32,000 nt of DNA, taken from assembly GCF_003966335.1 (NCBI RefSeq), contig NZ_CP034549.1:2010001-2042000 (forward strand), written 5' to 3'. Positions 16,550 to 25,281 of this stretch are shown here, piece after piece (the first letter of the stretch is position 1; the number at the start of each line of letters is the position of its first letter). The DNA is from Nonlabens ponticola (lineage in GTDB: Bacteria > Bacteroidota > Bacteroidia > Flavobacteriales > Flavobacteriaceae). A program made the translations under genes and the position numbers. The notes under the pieces were generated by a model. That model was not told where the DNA came from, did not search any database, and was given only the letters and a program-made list of their open reading frames with translations.

Positions 16550-17647
16550 GTGAAACGTTTTCTGTTCAGTTTTCTATTATTTGCCGTTTATCTGTCGGCA
16601 TGTATAGCGATTCTTAATTACAGTCTAGAAAATAAGATTCTAGATCTGGATGCAATTAAAACCAGTGACGCAACTGAAATCACTAGAGATCAAGATGTAT
16701 CGACGTATAAATCTGTGATTGATCCAGAGATAACAGTAAATGATCAAGAGGATAAAGTAAACTCTGTCCCGACCACAGACTCATTGGTTTTAGATAATCC
16801 GGATGCGCTTGAGCAGGCACAAGGTTCTTTAGCAACCGTTGATGTGGAGAACGATGATTTACCTTACGTGGACGACCAGCAGACCGTTCAGGTGCTTCAA
16901 GGTGATGGGTACTTCAATATTACCTTACCTGATGGCAGCAATCTATTGGAATGTCAAGATTACACCATCGTATATCGTAATAAATCAAAAGTAAAAATAC
17001 CTTACTCATGCAGAGAATATGGTCTGGCCATCAGAGCGTATTTGAGAGAGAACCCTCAAAGCAAATTAAAGATTACTACATTCCACGATGATAAGGAAAG
17101 CGAACAAATAGGCGAGGCTCGTGCAGATTACATTATAAAATTACTTACAGGAGTAGGTATAGAAGAATCTAGTATGGTGGCTGTGGTGAAGAAAGCAAAT
17201 CTTGACATAGCAAAAGGATATGCCACAGGTGGCGTTAATCTCGAATTATTTGACTCTAGTATTCCTGAAGTTGAAAAGAATGCTAAATTTCCAACGAATG
17301 ATGTAGACGAGCCAATTAACAGACGTAAGACATTACTGGCTCAAAAGTTCTCTTCTGGATTTCAGGGTGTTTATTATTATGGAGATACTAGATTTACATC
17401 CTATTTGTCACAGGTGAAAAGCATATTACGTTCCAATCCTAGCGCACAGGTTTATGTCTATAGCTATGCTGAAAAATCTGGTGATAGTAAAGAAAATTAT
17501 GCCGTAACCAGAGATAATGCGAGCACTGCTAGAAAGCTCATGATTCAAAATGGTATTGATAAAACCAAAATTGAAGCGGTCGCACAAGGCGAAAAATCCA
17601 GCGGTACTTCTGGAACTAATCAATGCATCATTCTAGTTGTAAAATAA
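16550..17647 (+). CDS. membrane-anchored protein with two OmpA_C-like modules
   Basis: N-terminal hydrophobic anchor FLFSFLLFAVYLSACIAIL. Two segments resemble the OmpA-like peptidoglycan-associating fold (GEARADYIIKLLTGVGIEE and NYAVTRDNASTARKLMIQNGIDKTKIEAVAQGE). GTG start. Confidence 0.45.
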   Translation: MKRFLFSFLLFAVYLSACIAILNYSLENKILDLDAIKTSDATEITRDQDVSTYKSVIDPEITVNDQEDKVNSVPTTDSLVLDNPDALEQAQGSLATVDVENDDLPYVDDQQTVQVLQGDGYFNITLPDGSNLLECQDYTIVYRNKSKVKIPYSCREYGLAIRAYLRENPQSKLKITTFHDDKESEQIGEARADYIIKLLTGVGIEESSMVAVVKKANLDIAKGYATGGVNLELFDSSIPEVEKNAKFPTNDVDEPINRRKTLLAQKFSSGFQGVYYYGDTRFTSYLSQVKSILRSNPSAQVYVYSYAEKSGDSKENYAVTRDNASTARKLMIQNGIDKTKIEAVAQGEKSSGTSGTNQCIILVVK

Positions 17648-17651
17648 TTTT

Positions 17652-18170
17652 ATGGATCACATTTATGCTAATCTATACTTATATGTAATCTTTGGTTTTA
17701 TGCTGTTGGGAGCATTCATCTTGGGTTATGTTTCTAGCAGATTTAATGCAAGAAATACAAATGAACAATCGGTAAGCTTCCACACAGGACTAGATAAGGA
17801 CATTATAAATGCAGATGTTGAAAGAGAAATCTCAAAAATTGTGCAGCCTGGATCTATACGTGCCCAGCGAACCAGAGATAGATCTGGAATATTGAGTGAT
17901 GATGCAAAACGTAGCATGATTGAAAATCAAATAGATTTTGAATCTATCGGTACCGGTAACGCTGCTGATAAGGATGACTTACAGCAAATTACTGGTATTG
18001 GCCCTTTTGTTGAAGAAAAACTCAATGCCATCGGTATCTATAATTTTTCTCAGTTAGCTCGCATGAGTGATGAGGATATCAATGCTATCGCCGCACTCAT
18101 TGAGTTTTTTCCCGGCAGGATACAACGCGATGAATGGAAAGAGCAAGCGCAGGCGCTTTCTAAAGATTAA
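17652..18170 (+). CDS. single-pass membrane protein with C-terminal helix-hairpin-helix-like domain
   Basis: N-terminal TM LYLYVIFGFMLLGAFILGYV. The C-terminal LQQITGIGPFVEEKLNAIGIYNFSQLA is an HhH-like motif. No precise family recognised. Confidence 0.4.
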   Translation: MDHIYANLYLYVIFGFMLLGAFILGYVSSRFNARNTNEQSVSFHTGLDKDIINADVEREISKIVQPGSIRAQRTRDRSGILSDDAKRSMIENQIDFESIGTGNAADKDDLQQITGIGPFVEEKLNAIGIYNFSQLARMSDEDINAIAALIEFFPGRIQRDEWKEQAQALSKD

Positions 18171-18194
18171 ATATTGCAGTAATAACAAAACTCA

Positions 18195-18227
18195 AAAAGC
18201 CTTTCTTGCATTTCAAGAAAGGCTTTT
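18195..18227. terminator. bidirectional rho-independent terminator between convergent operons
   Basis: AAAA, then GCCTTTCTTG, loop CATTT, CAAGAAAGGC, then TTTT. This is a 10-bp stem extendable by A/T pairs. Confidence 0.75.
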
Positions 18228-18248
18228 GATTATTAGATTGAGAATAAA

Positions 18249-19064
18249 TTACTGGTTGCCGAGTATTATAGGTAATCCACCACTTTCAGATCCACCTACA
18301 ACTACTACTTTAGAATTGGGTGATTCCGCTAATCTTAGGGTTGCTTCTATTCCTTTCTCAGTAAGGATCTTATCGGTAAGCGATGCACTCAATATCTTAT
18401 TTGCCACTGCTTTACCTTCGGCATCAATTTTTTGTCTTTCGGCTTCTTTGGTAGCTTTTGCAAGACGGAATTCATATTCCAGCGCTTCTTGCTCCTGACG
18501 TAGCTTGCGCTCAATTGCTTCCTTGATTTTAGTAGGTAGCGTTACATCTTCTACGAGCACTCGATTTACTTGCACGTATTGTGTTTTCAATTCATTGCGT
18601 ACCTCTTCCAGAATCTCGGTTTGAATGACGTCACGTTTACTACTGTACAATTGCTCAGGTGTATATCGACCTACTACACTACGAGCAGCTGCACTAATCG
18701 CAGGCGCCAGTATTTCTGACTCGTAATTACGACCTTTTTCCTGGTGCAGGTAAGGCAACTTATCATATTGAGGTTGATACCATACCGTACCATCAACTGA
18801 TACTTCAAGACCATTTACTGATAGCACGCGCATCTTATCGCTTATTGATAATTGACGTACTGGATAGATGATCATATCATTCCACGGTGCGATGATGTGA
18901 AAACCTTCACCATAGGTATTTTCTGTATCAACACCTTCACTGAATGGTCTAAATAGTACACCAGCCTGACCTGCCTCGATCACGACACTACTCTTAAAAA
19001 TGATAATTAATAAAATAACTGCACCTATGAGTGTAAAAACAAGTGCTTTAGGTAATCTTTCCAT
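18249..19064 (-). CDS. SPFH/band-7 (prohibitin-like) membrane protein
   Basis: N-terminal TM, then an SPFH core (VVIEAGQAGVLF ... RVLVEDVTLP) and a coiled-coil tail (EQEALEYEFRLAKATKEAERQKIDAEG). Confidence 0.8.
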   Translation of the reverse strand: MERLPKALVFTLIGAVILLIIIFKSSVVIEAGQAGVLFRPFSEGVDTENTYGEGFHIIAPWNDMIIYPVRQLSISDKMRVLSVNGLEVSVDGTVWYQPQYDKLPYLHQEKGRNYESEILAPAISAAARSVVGRYTPEQLYSSKRDVIQTEILEEVRNELKTQYVQVNRVLVEDVTLPTKIKEAIERKLRQEQEALEYEFRLAKATKEAERQKIDAEGKAVANKILSASLTDKILTEKGIEATLRLAESPNSKVVVVGGSESGGLPIILGNQ

Positions 19065-19073
19065 ATTTGGGTT

Positions 19074-21089
19074 TTAAATAAGTCCGTTATATTTTCTTAG
19101 AATCCACTCTAAAGCTAGTAAGATAAGGATAAAGATCAAGAGAACACGCCAATCTATCAATGATTCAAAGCTGGTTTGCTCGCGTTGAATGGTAGATAAT
19201 AAACTGTCATTTTTTAAAGTACTTTTTAACTCACTTATTTGATCCGGTGTGAATACTATACCGTTAGTAGCAATTGAACGCAAGTCCTTATAGTTAGCAC
19301 TCACAAATTGACTCTCAATATCAAATTCCAACACTTTAAAAGAACCAGATTTGCGCAGATTGCTTGATTGCACAGAAGTTGTAAAATTATACGATCCTGG
19401 CGCGAGTCCAGATAAATCAACCGTATAGTCGATACCTCTAGAAATAAACGGTCGCTGTGATCGCTCACCCGTTTCCTTGTTCTCAATATACAAGTCAAGA
19501 ACAGCGTCATCTCGCTCCTCAAAATTTTCATCAAGGTATGTCGCCATCAATAGTATACGATCATTTTCATAGTAGAACCGCTCATAATCCACCTCTAACC
19601 TATCGCGTTTATCGTCGCTGGATAAAAACTGGATCTGTGAACTTACTAGATCATCAAATTCCTGAAAATTTGCATCGCGCAAGTAAGCCTCGCTGCGCCA
19701 GCGCCATAACCCAGAGCCCATAGTTACTGCATGTTTGGAATCTACCTCATTGTAAGTGAACCACAATGGCTGTTGGGTTTCTACGGCACCTATCTTTTTA
19801 TAAAATAGAACGTCAATATTTCCAAAGGCACTAACCTCGCCAAAAGGAACCTGCAATGGTGGGAAATCCGCAAGATCAAAACGTTCCAAATTAAAACTTT
19901 GGTAGTTTTGATTCATCACCGGTTGCACCTCGTCTTTTTGTGCATAAACCTCGGCAGTGAAAATTTCTTGTGATCGATTCAAGTACCTTAGATCAGGTTT
20001 TGGACCGACGATAGTCCAGGTATTTTTGTTGAGATTTTTGATGGCTGTTTCAGCTTTCGCGAAAGCGGAACCAACACCATACTTCACAACTAGATCATAT
20101 TCGGAAATTACAAATGGCTCATCTACAGTTTTGATCGTGGCACGGCGAAATTTATTGGACTCAATAGATTTTTTTAGCGCTGCCAAATCAGGATGCAAAT
20201 ATTCCGCTAGAATCAAAATTTGTGATTGTTGATCGATGACTTCAACAGCAAAATTGCGATTGTTGTTTGCTGTATTCTTCTCTTGAGAAATAGTGCTGAT
20301 GCTGGCCGTGTAGGATTGCACACCTATATCAGTACTCTTAAGTAGAATACTTTGCACCGACGCCCTATTATTGCTGTCGAAACTAACAGGAATACTCTTG
20401 AGTCGTTTGCCGTCTTGATTAATAGTAAGGCTTATATTTACAGGTATTTCTCCTGAATATGAAACAAGGATTTCTACAGGAAACTCGTTATCTAAATAGG
20501 AGAATTTATTGACATTAATTTGAGTAATCTTGATGTCTGCGTAGCTTGTGGTGTCGCCATAAACTACTGAATACAGGTGCGTATTCTTATCTAGAACGGT
20601 GTATTTATAACTACTACCTATGGTTTGATTACCATCTGTCATCATGACGATGGCTTTATTGCGACTTGCATTAAGACGCTGGACTTTTGTAATTGCATTA
20701 TCCAGATCCGTTTGATCCTGATTAAAGGATAGACTATCGGCTAGTGTGATGTCATCACCCATCTTATAAAGAGATACGTCATAATCATCTAGCCATTCTT
20801 GATCGTTCATTAATACCTGCAAATCCTGATCAATTAGTGCACTAGCTCCCAACTTTTCTATCGATCTAGAATCATCTACTACGATAGCCATTTGCGGCTT
20901 GACGTCAGTGTAGGTTGTTGATTCAAACTGTGGTGCAAGCAATAATAATAGAATAGAAAAAACCGTGATTGCTCTTAAAACAGCAAACCACGGTTGTTTT
21001 TTCTTATTAGATTTTACTAAAAAACCATACTGGAACAATGCAATAAGAACAGCAACTATGGCTGCTAGAATGATCCAGATGTAAGTCAT
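19074..21089 (-). CDS. large membrane protein with N-terminal vWA domain (MIDAS DDSRS) and C-terminal TM anchor
   Basis: Two N-terminal TM helices. vWA motifs MAIVVDDSRS and AIVMMTDGNQT. C-terminal TM VLLIFILILLALEWIL. Contains palindrome copy 5. Confidence 0.6.
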   Translation of the reverse strand: MTYIWIILAAIVAVLIALFQYGFLVKSNKKKQPWFAVLRAITVFSILLLLLAPQFESTTYTDVKPQMAIVVDDSRSIEKLGASALIDQDLQVLMNDQEWLDDYDVSLYKMGDDITLADSLSFNQDQTDLDNAITKVQRLNASRNKAIVMMTDGNQTIGSSYKYTVLDKNTHLYSVVYGDTTSYADIKITQINVNKFSYLDNEFPVEILVSYSGEIPVNISLTINQDGKRLKSIPVSFDSNNRASVQSILLKSTDIGVQSYTASISTISQEKNTANNNRNFAVEVIDQQSQILILAEYLHPDLAALKKSIESNKFRRATIKTVDEPFVISEYDLVVKYGVGSAFAKAETAIKNLNKNTWTIVGPKPDLRYLNRSQEIFTAEVYAQKDEVQPVMNQNYQSFNLERFDLADFPPLQVPFGEVSAFGNIDVLFYKKIGAVETQQPLWFTYNEVDSKHAVTMGSGLWRWRSEAYLRDANFQEFDDLVSSQIQFLSSDDKRDRLEVDYERFYYENDRILLMATYLDENFEERDDAVLDLYIENKETGERSQRPFISRGIDYTVDLSGLAPGSYNFTTSVQSSNLRKSGSFKVLEFDIESQFVSANYKDLRSIATNGIVFTPDQISELKSTLKNDSLLSTIQREQTSFESLIDWRVLLIFILILLALEWILRKYNGLI
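20053..20066. repeat. GCTTTCGCGAAAGC palindrome, copy 5 (perfect)
   Basis: Read directly. On the coding (minus) strand it reads GGT TCC GCT TTC GCG AAA GCT GAA, i.e. G-S-A-F-A-K-A-E. Confidence 0.95.
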
Positions 21090-21101
21090 ATAGAGATTGA
21101 A

Positions 21102-21848
21102 TTAGGTAAGCATACCACCATCAACATGTAACGTTTGACCTGTTACATAAGTACTCAAGTCACTTGCAAGAAAGGCACAAGCATTAGCTACATCTTCAGG
21201 ACTACCGCCACGTTTCAGTGGTATAGCATCTCTCCAACTTTGAACTGTCTCATCGTTAAGAGCACCTGTCATCTCTGTTTCAATAAATCCTGGTGCGATT
21301 GAGTTACAACGTATGTTTCGAGATCCTAGTTCTAATGCAACAGACTTAGTAAAACCAATAATTCCAGCCTTACTTGCGGCATAATTTGTTTGCCCTGCAT
21401 TTCCCTTAACACCAACGATGCTACTCATATTTATGATGCTACCACTGCGTTGTTTGAGCATGGTGCGTTGCACAGCCTTTGTCATATTGAAGACTGACTT
21501 TAAGTTCACTTCAATTACCTTGTCAAAGTCCTCTTCACTTATTCTCATAAGCAAGTTATCCTTTGTAATACCAGCATTATTAATGAGCACATCGATGCTA
21601 TCAAAATCCTTAGTCACTTGAGCGATTAAATCTTGAGACTCTTGAAAACTTGACGCATCACTCTTGTAACAGTGAGCCTTGACGCCCATATCTTGGAGCT
21701 CTTTTTCAAGTTCCTTGGCTGGCTGTTCAGAACTGCTGTAGGTAAATGCAACATTTGCTCCATGTTGCGCAAAGACTTGTGCTATTCCTTTACCTATACC
21801 ACGACTTGCGCCTGTTATAATGACATTCTTACCTTCTAGTAGCTTCAT
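21102..21848 (-). CDS. fabG: 3-oxoacyl-[acyl-carrier-protein] reductase
   Basis: ITGASRGIGKGIA, NNAG and the catalytic YAASKAG. Length 248 aa. Confidence 0.9.
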   Translation of the reverse strand: MKLLEGKNVIITGASRGIGKGIAQVFAQHGANVAFTYSSSEQPAKELEKELQDMGVKAHCYKSDASSFQESQDLIAQVTKDFDSIDVLINNAGITKDNLLMRISEEDFDKVIEVNLKSVFNMTKAVQRTMLKQRSGSIINMSSIVGVKGNAGQTNYAASKAGIIGFTKSVALELGSRNIRCNSIAPGFIETEMTGALNDETVQSWRDAIPLKRGGSPEDVANACAFLASDLSTYVTGQTLHVDGGMLT

Positions 21849-22384
21849 TTAGCAACGATTTTATCAATGAAATTTTGTTGTAATAATCCTTCTCTTTCAA
21901 ACCATTCTCTAAGCCCCATGTACTTAGTTCTAGAACCCTTAATGGCATAAGTATCAATCTTACCTTGTTTTGATCTTAAGACAAAAGCTGCTGCAATTAT
22001 CTTTTTGCGCACTTTATCAAAGTGTGTAGGATCTATGTTCTTTATGGCGATAGCGTGACTAGCCATATCATCATAGGACAGCGGCGTTTGAGTAGATTTG
22101 AGTCGGCTTAATATAAATTTTCCCCAAATAGACTTGCGACCAGGCTTTTTCTTGTACTTGCGCTTAGGTTCTGCCTTGGTCTTTGGTCGTTGTCCGCGAT
22201 CGTTTTGCGGTGATACTTCTGGAATATCCACAACAAAATTATCAGTAATTCCACTGTCAACTTCAGATAGTTGATCTAATACCGATTTGAGTTCTGAGAG
22301 CTTCTTCAAAGTCTCAGAGTACTCTTGCTGGTAATGTAGCTTCATCTTTATAGCGATTTCCTCGCTTATTTTGATATCGGACAT
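21845..22384 (-). CDS. hypothetical basic protein (coiled-coil N-terminus, K/R-rich linker, possible winged-helix-like C-terminus)
   Basis: A 179-aa ORF fills the sucD-fabG gap, and its stop overlaps the fabG start (ATGA). Linker RPKTKAEPKRKYKKKPGRK. No family recognised. Confidence 0.5.
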   Translation of the reverse strand: MSDIKISEEIAIKMKLHYQQEYSETLKKLSELKSVLDQLSEVDSGITDNFVVDIPEVSPQNDRGQRPKTKAEPKRKYKKKPGRKSIWGKFILSRLKSTQTPLSYDDMASHAIAIKNIDPTHFDKVRKKIIAAAFVLRSKQGKIDTYAIKGSRTKYMGLREWFEREGLLQQNFIDKIVAK

Positions 22385-22418
22385 TTTGGGGGAAATTTAA
22401 ATTAAACTTCAATAAGGT

Positions 22419-23291
22419 CTATCCTAATACTTCGGCGACCTTTTTACCTATTTCTGCTGGAGAATCAACAACATGAATTCCTGATTCTCTCATGATTTTC
22501 TTTTTTGCTTGAGCTGTATCCTCAGATCCACCGACTATGGCACCTGCATGACCCATAGTACGTCCAGCTGGTGCAGTTTCACCTGCGATAAATCCTATGA
22601 CCGGCTTTTTGTTACCTGTTTCTTTGATCCATTTTGCCGCATCAGCTTCTAATTGACCACCTATTTCACCTATCATGACGATAGCCTCGGTTTCTGGATC
22701 ATTCATGAATAATTCAACAGCTTCTTTGGTTGTGGTCCCGATGATTGGGTCACCACCTATGCCTATTGCTGTAGAGATTCCATAACCTTCTTTCACTACT
22801 TGATCAGAAGCTTCATAAGTAAGTGTACCAGATTTTGAAACGATACCAACCTTACCTTTTTTAAATACGAAGCCTGGCATGATACCGACTTTCGCTTCTT
22901 CTGGAGTGATAACACCTGGACAGTTAGGTCCAACAAGACGACAATCTTTATCCTTGATGTAATCAGCAGCTTTTACCATATCTGCAACTGGGATACCTTC
23001 AGTAATTGCAATGATGACTTTAATACCAGCGTCAGCAGCTTCCATGATGGCATCTGCAGCAAATGCCGGTGGCACAAAAATGATTGTTACATCAGCACCT
23101 TCTTTCTCTACTGCTTCCTGCACGGTATTAAAAACTGGCTTGTCAAGGTGTGTTTGGCCACCTTTACCTGGTGTCACACCACCTACTACATTGGTACCAT
23201 ACTCGATCATTTGACCAGCATGAAAAGTACCTTCACTACCTGTAAAGCCTTGAACAATAATTTTTGAATTCTTGTTTACTAAAACACTCAT
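22419..23291 (-). CDS. sucD: succinate--CoA ligase subunit alpha
   Basis: [23 protein letters not shown] and the phosphohistidine region MGHAGAIV. Confidence 0.95.
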   Translation of the reverse strand: MSVLVNKNSKIIVQGFTGSEGTFHAGQMIEYGTNVVGGVTPGKGGQTHLDKPVFNTVQEAVEKEGADVTIIFVPPAFAADAIMEAADAGIKVIIAITEGIPVADMVKAADYIKDKDCRLVGPNCPGVITPEEAKVGIMPGFVFKKGKVGIVSKSGTLTYEASDQVVKEGYGISTAIGIGGDPIIGTTTKEAVELFMNDPETEAIVMIGEIGGQLEADAAKWIKETGNKKPVIGFIAGETAPAGRTMGHAGAIVGGSEDTAQAKKKIMRESGIHVVDSPAEIGKKVAEVLG

Positions 23292-23320
23292 TTATATCTA
23301 TTTAGATTTGATAATTTATT

Positions 23321-23692
23321 TTAAATGGCTGGATGACTTGTCTGATGACATTCTATCAACTGTCCATCCTGCACTTTCCATATACTGATAAAGTACCCGA
23401 TAGGCACCTCTTCATTTGGATTTTCTATTGTCTTGACGTAAAGCGTGTATCGAGCAACAACTTCATCTTTCTCACTCAACATATGGGATACATCATATCG
23501 CAAGCTCTCATAGGATTGTGCGGCAGATTCTATAAGTTCCCAATAGCTGGATTGATCATACACATTATACCCTGTACTGGAATGCCAATAAACCTGCAAA
23601 TCAGGATGTATAAATTGCTCATAAGTTGATTTATCGCTAAATGCGCTAGAATCAAAAAAAGAATTTAATAATTTTTTAGCCGCTGCTGACAT
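23321..23692 (-). CDS. NTF2/SnoaL-like fold protein
   Basis: Length 123 aa. The pattern of alternating beta segments, ending in WKVQDGQLIECHQ, is typical of SnoaL-like proteins. The call is weak. Confidence 0.45.
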   Translation of the reverse strand: MSAAAKKLLNSFFDSSAFSDKSTYEQFIHPDLQVYWHSSTGYNVYDQSSYWELIESAAQSYESLRYDVSHMLSEKDEVVARYTLYVKTIENPNEEVPIGYFISIWKVQDGQLIECHQTSHPAI

Positions 23693-23706
23693 TCCTTATT
23701 TTATTT

Positions 23707-23714
23707 CAAATATA
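23707..23714 (-). promoter_or_regulatory. candidate -7 promoter box TATATTTG (TAnnTTTG) for the NTF2-like/sucD transcription unit
   Basis: The plus strand reads CAAATATA. The G of the box lies 15 nt upstream of ATG 23692. Confidence 0.4.
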
Positions 23715-23753
23715 ACGTGCAAACCTTGTTGTACCGCACACTTTACAAGTACT

Positions 23754-24710
23754 TTAGGCTTCCTTTTCCTTAGTTTGTAATTCTTTTAATTGAGCCATCA
23801 TTTCTGGTATTTTCTTGATGGATGCTATTTCCTTGTATTTGGATCTAAAATCATCTGCTGGTATACCAAAGTATCTCTTATTTGCCTCCAATGACTTGCT
23901 AACACCTGCCTTAGCCGATATCACTGCCTTACTGCCGATAGTAATACCGCTGGTGATTCCTACTTGACCCCAAATAGTTACTTCATCTTGTACCACAACA
24001 CAGCCAGCAATACCTACCTGACTAGCGATGAGCACGTGTTTACCAATAATGGTATCATGACCTATCTGGACTTGATTATCCAGCTTTGAACCATATTCTA
24101 TGGTAGTATCGCCAGTGACGCCGCGATCGATGGTACACAGCGCACCTATCTCAACATTGTCTTCAATAACAACACGACCACCACTCAATAATTTGTCGTA
24201 TCCATCTGGCCTGCGCTTATAGTAAAAAGCGTCTGCACCTAGGACTGTTCCCGAATGAATAATCACATTATTGCCAATGACGCTTCCGTTATTGATGGAA
24301 ACATTGCTGTGAATCACACAATTATCGCCAATCACGACGTCATTTGCAATGAAGACATTAGGTTGTACCACAGTATTTTGTCCTATGGTGTATTTGGGTT
24401 GTTCCGCTTTCGCGAAAGCTGAAAAAGGATTAAAGTATTGTGTTAAACGATTGAAATCCCTAAACGGGTCATCGCTTATTAACAAGGCTTTTCCAGAAGG
24501 ACACTCTACCTGTTTATTGATCAAAATCACTGTCGCAGCACTTTCTAGGGCCTTATCGTAATATTTAGGATGATCAACAAATACGATGTCTCCAGGCGTT
24601 ACCACGTGAATCTCGTTCATGCCTTTTACAGGAAATGATTCATCGCCTACATAAGTGCAGTCGATGATTTGAGCGATTTGCGCTAGTGTATGAGTTATCT
24701 TGAATTTCAA
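23754..24710 (-). CDS. lpxD: UDP-3-O-acylglucosamine N-acyltransferase paralog (second LpxD)
   Basis: LpxD-like N-terminal domain (MKFKITHTLAQIAQII, alignable with [12 protein letters not shown] of the other copy) followed by left-handed beta-helix hexapeptide repeats. TTG start 1 nt after the efp stop. Contains palindrome copy 6. Confidence 0.8.
   Translation of the reverse strand: MKFKITHTLAQIAQIIDCTYVGDESFPVKGMNEIHVVTPGDIVFVDHPKYYDKALESAATVILINKQVECPSGKALLISDDPFRDFNRLTQYFNPFSAFAKAEQPKYTIGQNTVVQPNVFIANDVVIGDNCVIHSNVSINNGSVIGNNVIIHSGTVLGADAFYYKRRPDGYDKLLSGGRVVIEDNVEIGALCTIDRGVTGDTTIEYGSKLDNQVQIGHDTIIGKHVLIASQVGIAGCVVVQDEVTIWGQVGITSGITIGSKAVISAKAGVSKSLEANKRYFGIPADDFRSKYKEIASIKKIPEMMAQLKELQTKEKEA
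24406..24419. repeat. GCTTTCGCGAAAGC palindrome, copy 6 (perfect)
   Basis: Read directly. GTTCCGCTTTCGCGAAAGCTGAAA (24401..24424) equals the reverse complement of 20048..20071. The coding strand reads F-S-A-F-A-K-A-E. Confidence 0.95.
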
Positions 24711-24711
24711 A

Positions 24712-25278
24712 CTACTGCTTCATGCGCTCCTGGTAGGAACCCTTTTCTGTGTCAATGCGTATAATATCACCTTCATTAATAAACAGTGGTACATTGACGG
24801 TCGCACCAGTCTCTACCGTGGCTGGTTTTGTCGCGTTGGTTGCGGTATTTCCCTTAACTCCTGGCTCAGTCGCAGTGACTTCAAGCACCACATACTGTGG
24901 CATATCTACTGACAAAGGCGAATTATCTTCGGTATTTATCTGGATGGTCACATTCTCACCTTCTTTCAATAAATCAGGTGTGTCCAATGAGCTTTCTAGC
25001 AATCTTATTTGTGTGTAATCTTCATTATTCATGAAGTGATAGAACTCACCATCATTGTATAAATATTGAAACTTGTGCGTCTCTACACGTATGTCTTCAA
25101 TCTTGTGACCAGCCGAAAATGTATTGTCGATGACCTTACCAGTGGTTACACTTTTTAATTTGGTTCTTACAAATGCTGGACCTTTACCAGGCTTAACGTG
25201 TAAAAATTCAATGATTTTATAAATATCGTTGTTGTACCTGATGCACAATCCTTTTCTAATGTCGCTAGTTGATGCCAT
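24712..25278 (-). CDS. efp: elongation factor P
   Basis: MASTSDIRKGLCIRYNNDIYKIIEFLHVKPGKGPAFVRTKLK is a canonical EF-P N-terminus. Length 188 aa. Confidence 0.95.
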   Translation of the reverse strand: MASTSDIRKGLCIRYNNDIYKIIEFLHVKPGKGPAFVRTKLKSVTTGKVIDNTFSAGHKIEDIRVETHKFQYLYNDGEFYHFMNNEDYTQIRLLESSLDTPDLLKEGENVTIQINTEDNSPLSVDMPQYVVLEVTATEPGVKGNTATNATKPATVETGATVNVPLFINEGDIIRIDTEKGSYQERMKQ

Positions 25279-25281
25279 ATG

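Noticed and set aside
18067-18498. 143-aa plus-strand ORF spanning the terminator region
   Set aside because: It overlaps the end of the HhH gene, runs across a strong bidirectional terminator and is antisense to the SPFH gene. No motifs are present.
19957-20232. Plus-strand ORFs 19957..20232 and 24349..24561 both contain the peptide SAFAKAE, which looked like a small conserved protein family
   Set aside because: The shared peptide is just the palindrome read on the non-coding strand, since it encodes the same residues in both orientations. Both ORFs are antisense to well-supported genes (the vWA protein and lpxD2).
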